Shown here: piece by piece, positions 57,555 through 64,000 of the stretch
Layout: every line of letters starts with the position of its first letter
Numbering within the stretch: position 1 is the stretch's first letter
Source of the DNA: Ionaspis alba
Taxonomy: Eukaryota
Assembly (NCBI GenBank): GCA_964255285.1
Contig: CAXUUL010000011.1
Span: 1 to 64,000 of the forward strand
DNA: 64,000 bases
Direction of reading: 5' to 3'
The notes under the pieces: model-generated
What the model was told of the DNA's origin: nothing
Database searches by the model: none
Seen by the model: the letters and a program-made list of their open reading frames with translations, nothing else
Position numbers and translations under genes: made by a program

Positions 57555-60500
57555 ATTGGCTGGCTCGGGAATGATGGCCGCAACTTTTCTATAGCTAAGA
57601 TATGAATAAATGAGGACGCAGTTACAGCCGAGGGTGTCAAGTGAGCTCACCTTCTGACTAGATTCACACCTGCCTGATCGGGGCTTGTCTGAATGGGAAC
57701 GAGGTCCACCATGGTACCTGCTCGTTATGTGGAAGATAACCTTTTGTGGAAAGCAGCTCTTTGTGGGAGATGATCTAGGCAATTCGTTGTTTGGTCAGAT
57801 TCTGAGAGTTAAAGCCTAGTTATGGGTTGCTGGTTGCTCACCTCAAGTATTCGGACCAGGCTCAGTATTTAGCATACAGCGGATCAAGGTGAGTGAAACC
57901 AAGATGTGCAGGAGCAGTAGGAATGTCGCACATCCTTCGAGCTTCAGCAGAACGACGCGACTCAATAAGTGGGTGAGCCGAGTCGTGTTGAATGTGTTGA
58001 TGGCTGTGAATGTGGTGAGACGAAACGACTGCTGAGGGCTAAGTCGCACGGTGCTTGGATACAGAATATGAGCTCATAATTTGTTCATTTCCATTCACTC
58101 AAATCTCGATTTGCTTTGTGTATTCATAATAGCTCATCAGACGCCGGTACCCTTCGCAAGGAACGAGTTGAGCAGTCATGTAGGCAGCGATTCTTTCATT
58201 CGGCAAGCGAGCTTGATCATTCACTCGAGCATATACAACACAAAGAGATGAGTTCTTCTCATGGTTATTCGACAGGTTTGTCCACCAAAACAAAATCATT
58301 TAGTCCGGTGTTTAGATCACAGTTGTTTCTTTGCCCAAAAGCCCTCAATACGGTAGGAGACAAGGTTGCGACCAAATAGAGACTCCTCATTAAAGTCGAC
58401 GTTGTGGGAATCTGATTGTCGCTCGCATGACCGGCAGGAGAGCCTGGTCTTCTGTAACGCCGACCTCCCGGCTACTTCGTCTCATTTTGATTCTCCTTGC
58501 TCAACAACGTAACTGACTCGATGACTTCTCTTACCCATCAGACACAGTGGTGCCAGCTAGACCATCATTATATCTCACGACGTGTCCTGCACGTCTCTCG
58601 TCTTATCATACAATCGTGACCAATTGCCCAGAACTCTCGCCTTTGGAGGCCGATCATTCTGACTTCTAGACCAGTTGCGACAGGATTTATGCTACCTGCG
58701 TCTTACAAAGCCTCGGGCCCCACTGTCACCTGTGGAATTGGCGTTTGGACTCGTACGGTGCTCTTCTATTGTGCTGGTACACCACAAGGTGAATCGATAC
58801 GTCCGTTCGACGGACTTAGCCCAGCATTCCAAATCACTGATAAGAACAAAGCGGAATTGTCAAGCTGGGGTCCGAAGGGTGAAATCTCGTTCCAGTGAGG
58901 GCGAGCCGCTTTCAGGGGGGAAATTTTGTAATAATGGACAATTCCATATATTCTAGACTTCGAACGATTCGCCACTGTGGTTTGCTGTTTATATGGTGAG
59001 TCCAAAGAACCGTTCGAAGCTGCAATCCAAAACCTGAAGCACAAGGAACGTCACAACGCCATAGCCGAACCTAGAGAGGCTCAAAAATTGGTTCAGATAT
59101 CTCGCGATGCTGCCAATGAATACGTAAATAAAATAGACGGCCACCGGAAGAAGATAAAATAATCCCTATCCGCGAGCAAGGATCGCGTATCGGAGGACAG
59201 AGAGCCAAAAATTGCACCCTTGCTTCCAGCCTCTGAATTTTGTATCAAAGAGCCCGAAAGCAGCTGGCCATACATTACTCATTGCCGTCCAAAACAACTC
59301 GCAGTCATCCAGCATGAGATGATCCTTCTCTGCAGGAACATCCGGCCCAGATTGTGGCGCTAGATGAGAAGATACACCGAGTATAGGCCGTAAAAGTCTT
59401 GCTTGCTCACTTCTCAATCTCTGGTTTTCGATGCCTCTCCACATGACATCCGGGAAATGCCCAGGCACTCTTCCGGTAAAGGAGCGATTTGGGGTTGCGA
59501 TTCGGTTTCTGGTTAGACGACTCGCCAAGGCTGGGCTGTCCTTTTGTCCTAGAGGGATTGATTTCTCGTACTAATACTCGTGGCCGGCGTCGTTACCTGC
59601 CCGCCCTGATCCGTGGACATGAAAGCGATAAGAAGATTTGCCCAAATCACAGGAACTCGGGCTTGGCTCACTACGATCACCTATCAATAATGAGGTTCTG
59701 CTCCATAGAAGAAAAGGTTGTCTAAGGAATACACATCAGATCAAATGGCTTCAAAATGGTCATGTCATTCATCGCATAGAATAAATTATATGCGATGTAT
59801 GAACAAAGAAATGACGAGCATCATAGACTGCTTAACCGTCTTTCATAAAAGCGTGTAGCTTTGTGCGGGAAATGAATTGCTTTCATTGCCTGCCTATTCA
59901 AGCTTTTCGACAATAGAGATGGTATTAAATTGTGTTGGAATGTAACACATCAAAGAAAGAACCATCAAAGCTTTGATGTTGACATGTTGATCGGCCAACG
60001 CAAAGCGAGAGAAAGTAATTGGGGCTGGGCGGGCAAGTAGCATTGCGCTACTGGGTCCATGAGCTGCAATTGAAAGGTGCGTTCTGTTGTACTTCGGTGG
60101 CAGGTAGCCGTTTCTCCACAAGATACCCATGCTACCAATCTATTAGATAGCAATATTACGAGCTGCACTCGGCATGAAACACACGACGCCAGCTCTTGGA
60201 ATCTCGCTTTGCCCTTTCTTTCCAACAAGATCCGAGTTAGGTAGCATATGACTGTACGGATATATTAGCAAAGCCATGTGCGAATTTGTACGTCGTCGGA
60301 ACACTCACCACTGTCTCTTGTACGATAAGAATATCCGACGAGATCCTAAGAGGTGTGGAAATTGTAGTGTCTCAGTCAGGGGCTGATGTATCAGTGTGTG
60401 CATCAGTCAGCACATGGCCTATCGGAGCATTTGAACGAAGAAGCCCAATGCCGCAATTAGGCTTCAGGGCGACAAGAATTGTGATGTGGTCCACCGTACC

Positions 60501-62021
60501 AAAGCCACCGGTCCTCTAACTATTAAGTTAGTTGCGGCAGGACTACATCTAGTAGAGCGGTCTTCGAATGTTGTAGTCGCCTTGGTCGTTTAGCGACCTA
60601 TCTGCTTCGAACAGTCGTGATCATACCATTTTGGTAGCTGGGAACACAGTTCAATCTAGTCAAACTCAGGCTTGAGGGTAGCTTTCAACAGGAATAGCTG
60701 GTCTTAGTGGTTGTACAAGGCAGCTGGTCAGCACATATCTCCTTTCAGAACCACGATCAGGACTGATATCTCGCCTCTGGACAGCAAGGTCGAGGAGCCT
60801 GCACTTGTGGATTTGTGGTCTTCCAGGTCTTTAATGTCGGACGTGGTTTGCGGACTAGCTACTTCAGATACATGGCAGTATACACTCGAAATCGAAGCTG
60901 GAGCACTCACATGCCCAGTATCAATTGGTCCAGTAGACGACTGGCTGCGACCTTAGAGCAGTAAGGCCATTAAAAATCCTGTGATCATGCTGAGCCTACT
61001 ATAGGTCTGGCAAAGGCTAGCAAGGGAAAGGAAATAATAAGGCCGTGACATCGTCCTCGACGCGGGCCAATGAAATGCCAGCGTAAGACAGCAAGCCTTG
61101 AGATGTACGAGCTCCCGCTGTTCATGTTGCCTGATCGTTTTGTGCTTCACGATTCACTCGAGCCATCGAAACGCTATCATAAGGTGCCGGAGGCCCGGGC
61201 TTGTACATCCTGTTCTAGCCTGTATAGGTAAAGTCGATCTCGCTTGTTCTCTTGCCCTTCCTCCGGTCCAGAGGTCGTGGTTGTCTCCCCGTATCTTGTT
61301 GAAAATTCCATAGAGCTTGAGATACGGGCCGGCATAAAGCTTCTTCATTACTTCATTACTTTCCTTTTGGGTTGCTACAAGTGCCCGCCGAGTGAATACC
61401 TCCCTCTTTCCCTGCTTGGCTGGTGCGTACCTAGAAGAGGGCTGATAACCCTCTACCCACTGTGCTTTGTTCACTGTCTCGTACACACCTGTCTAGCCGC
61501 GCAGTCTGCCTTTCCAACCACACAGCTACTTGCAAATATGACCATCGGGCGATGAGCGTGTTGTACCATCAAGATCCCGACTGTCGGCGCAGCATTCTTC
61601 GATTGCAGGAGCACGTATGCAAACTCAAGATCTCATCCTCCACCATCGTTTCTCGGCCTCAATATTCTCCTTTTCCGTTAGAACGAGACTGACTAGCCAT
61701 TTGTGACAGCATGAGGCGGCAATACAAGTCACTGACGTGATCGCTGAATGTCAATATCAAACACTGATTTTGTAGAGCTGTACCCCATACGCATTCTCGG
61801 TCTTCTTATTTCTAGACGACCAAGTTGGAGTGTACTCAAACGTCAAGACGCCAAATACAAAGTGCTGTGTGCTGTACTGCCTTCCACAAAGTACACCCAT
61901 CTCAGTTGTTGTATGGATCAATATCTCACCGGTTAGCCGGATGGAACATTGAGTCGCTACAGACTTGTGGAATACCCTGCTGACCCGTACCGTACGACAA
62001 ATGCATACAACAAAAAGACGC

Positions 62022-62326
62022 TCAGCAAGGATGCCCGCATTTTGGACAATGTTTACCAGGCAAAACCCAGCTCTCAACTCCTCGTCCAGCACATTTGGGA
62101 CATTTGACACCAGGCATCTAGGGACACGGCTCAGTCAGCAAGCCATGCAGAACAACAAAGCCCGATCACAGACAGTCGTTAGGTTTTGATGACCTACTAG
62201 AACAAAACTTACTGGACAAGATTTAGCCATACGGATTTGATGCAACTGCACGGTCGAGAATTCTTCTCGACGAGCGTTGGCTGTTGCGAGCATCACGTCT
62301 TCTTTATGAAGTGCAGGCGGTGACAT
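62022..62326 (-). CDS. 69-aa zinc-ribbon-like microprotein, 2 exons
   Basis: Start context CACCATCATG. Exon 62326-62213, intron 62212-62118 (GTAAGT..GCTGAC..TAG), exon 62117-62022. Product MSPPALHKEDVMLATANARREEFSTVQLHQIRMAKSCPMPGVKCPKCAGRGVESWVLPGKHCPKCGHPC*. Confidence 0.82.
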
Positions 62327-64000
62327 GATGGTGGTGGTGGTACGTATGGTGGTGTTGATAATGACGACGCAGCTGTGCTGAGATAGGCTCGCTGACTAGA
62401 AGGACGGTCTCCTCGACCAAGAAGAAGAGTTATGTAGAGATTTGAAGGGGAAGAGTCTGTGAAATTAAGATAGGTGTTTTGGTAAGATTTACTACACAGG
62501 TTGCGAGCTGATTTTGTACTTTCCCCCAGACCACCACAAATGAATTTTCTACCGTGCTAATATGTTGCCCAGTCACATCGTAACCATGACCTTTTCGCTT
62601 ACTATGCAATAAAACACCGGCTTTCTGCAGAGCATAACCGATCAGACTACTTAGCTCGGCTCTAGGTCACACATCACCATACAGCTATAACATGGAAACT
62701 CGCTATACCGGGCCTCACCCCCGGCAGACTCTAATACGGTCAAGGTCGTTTCGAGTCGCTGCACGCAACTCCTATGGCGAGCCTTGGATTCAATATTGTC
62801 TTTAGTGCGCTCATCCATCAATTTTGATGTGGACAACTTCCATGCCAAGCTAGTTTTTGGAGCAGCTAGCTAGCCAAACCAAACCTACTATGACCTGGAA
62901 TCCGACAGCCCAGGACGAGTCCCTAATGCTACGATAGTCCAGTGTTGACCACTATCTTCTCACTCTCAATGACTCGTGGTTTCAGACAATCTGCAGCACA
63001 TTGTGTCTATTGCAGACTATCTATCTTTCCAGTCAATCTGCTGGGTTTCCCCATCTTGATGCCCGCAGCGGCTCAAAGCCTTTGGTCACATTGCCAAGAG
63101 TTCTTCATATCAGCAAACCACTGCCGTCCGCTTACCAAGATACAGCCGCTATACCTCCCTGTTGTGGCTCTTGTTGGTAGACGAGAGAATTCCCTGTCTC
63201 GTTCGACCTTAGACTGAACGGTGGCTTGGTTGCCCCCAACCCCTCCAAGAAACCCAGCACACGCTTGGCCATGTCCGCGCCTGTGAGCTACTTTGATCCA
63301 TTGTCCGCTGCAGATGTCTACGGCACCAGACTGTGGTGTATCAATGGTTCCTGGTGAGCTTGAGAACGGCAACATGCAGATTCTCGAGGACCATGGCCAC
63401 AATGGTGGCAAGATGCAATCGTATTCGGCATAAGTGATTGCTCAGACTGCGGTGGAATGATAAGAAACAAGGACGACTTTGTCCATGAGCCAAGTGGCTG
63501 ATCGTCGGCTTCTAGAGTGAAGCCCGGGACTTGCCGGGACATACAATTGTTGGTATTTCGTATTTCATACCTCAATCGAGATTCGGGAGGAAGATACCGC
63601 GAAAGATGAGGTGCGCAACACTCACCGACCTCGCCATGGGTGGATACCCACGTCCGTGCGCTCGACCAACGAACACCATGATGCTACTCCATCGAAGGCA
63701 GCAACTTCGGCGCATAGTGTGGAGAGAAAGTACCCGACTAGAGGAAGCGTCCCCTGGTGCGTCAAGGAGTCAAGGCCCTCGAAGGACTTGGGAGTGACAG
63801 GTCAGTTTCTCGAGAACCAAGGTTTGAGACGAGATGGATAAGCGTTACCCGGAAAATTGATCCTAATGCACGTTCGAGTTTTGGCTGCCACACCCTCGGT
63901 CAAATTCCGTGGATGCGCTGCCTGAAGAAACCCTGCATGATGCATAAGGGTCACAAACCCGTCCCTGTGTCCTTCATCATCACGCGCCTCCTCACGCGTC

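Noticed and set aside
1..64000. tRNA, rRNA, CRISPR, transposon or RIP-degraded repeat, mating-type locus, secondary-metabolite cluster
   Set aside because: By eye I saw no cloverleaf context, repeat-spacer array, transposase or RT motif, AT-rich block, HMG/alpha-box or PKS/NRPS. tRNAscan-SE, Infernal and a repeat search were not run.

Overview
Gene-dense, intron-rich genomic DNA of a filamentous ascomycete (Pezizomycotina-like, inferred from mostly 45-140 nt GT-AG introns with CTRAY branch sites and from the protein families present). I found no tRNA, rRNA, CRISPR array or recognisable transposon by eye. Manual splicing supports 20 protein-coding genes. The left half is mostly housekeeping or signalling: Fcr3/Yap-like bZIP, group II G-alpha, mS38/Cox24-like, V-ATPase c subunit, CFEM membrane protein, Pmp3, gamma-tubulin, translin, NAD kinase, Rrp46 and Bzz1. 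The right half holds STT3 and a coiled-coil protein within an unusually zinc-finger/Cys-rich block. Four C2H2-type proteins lie within about 27 kb; three share the same atypical Trp-containing four-finger cassette, and one carries an internal cassette duplication marked by identically placed introns. The block also has a CYSTM protein with a metallothionein-like tail, an uncharacterised CxxC..CxxC protein and a 69-aa zinc-ribbon microprotein. Pmp3, CYSTM and the microprotein only appear after splicing and are not represented correctly in the ORF track. All family assignments come from motif recognition and recall; no database search was run.
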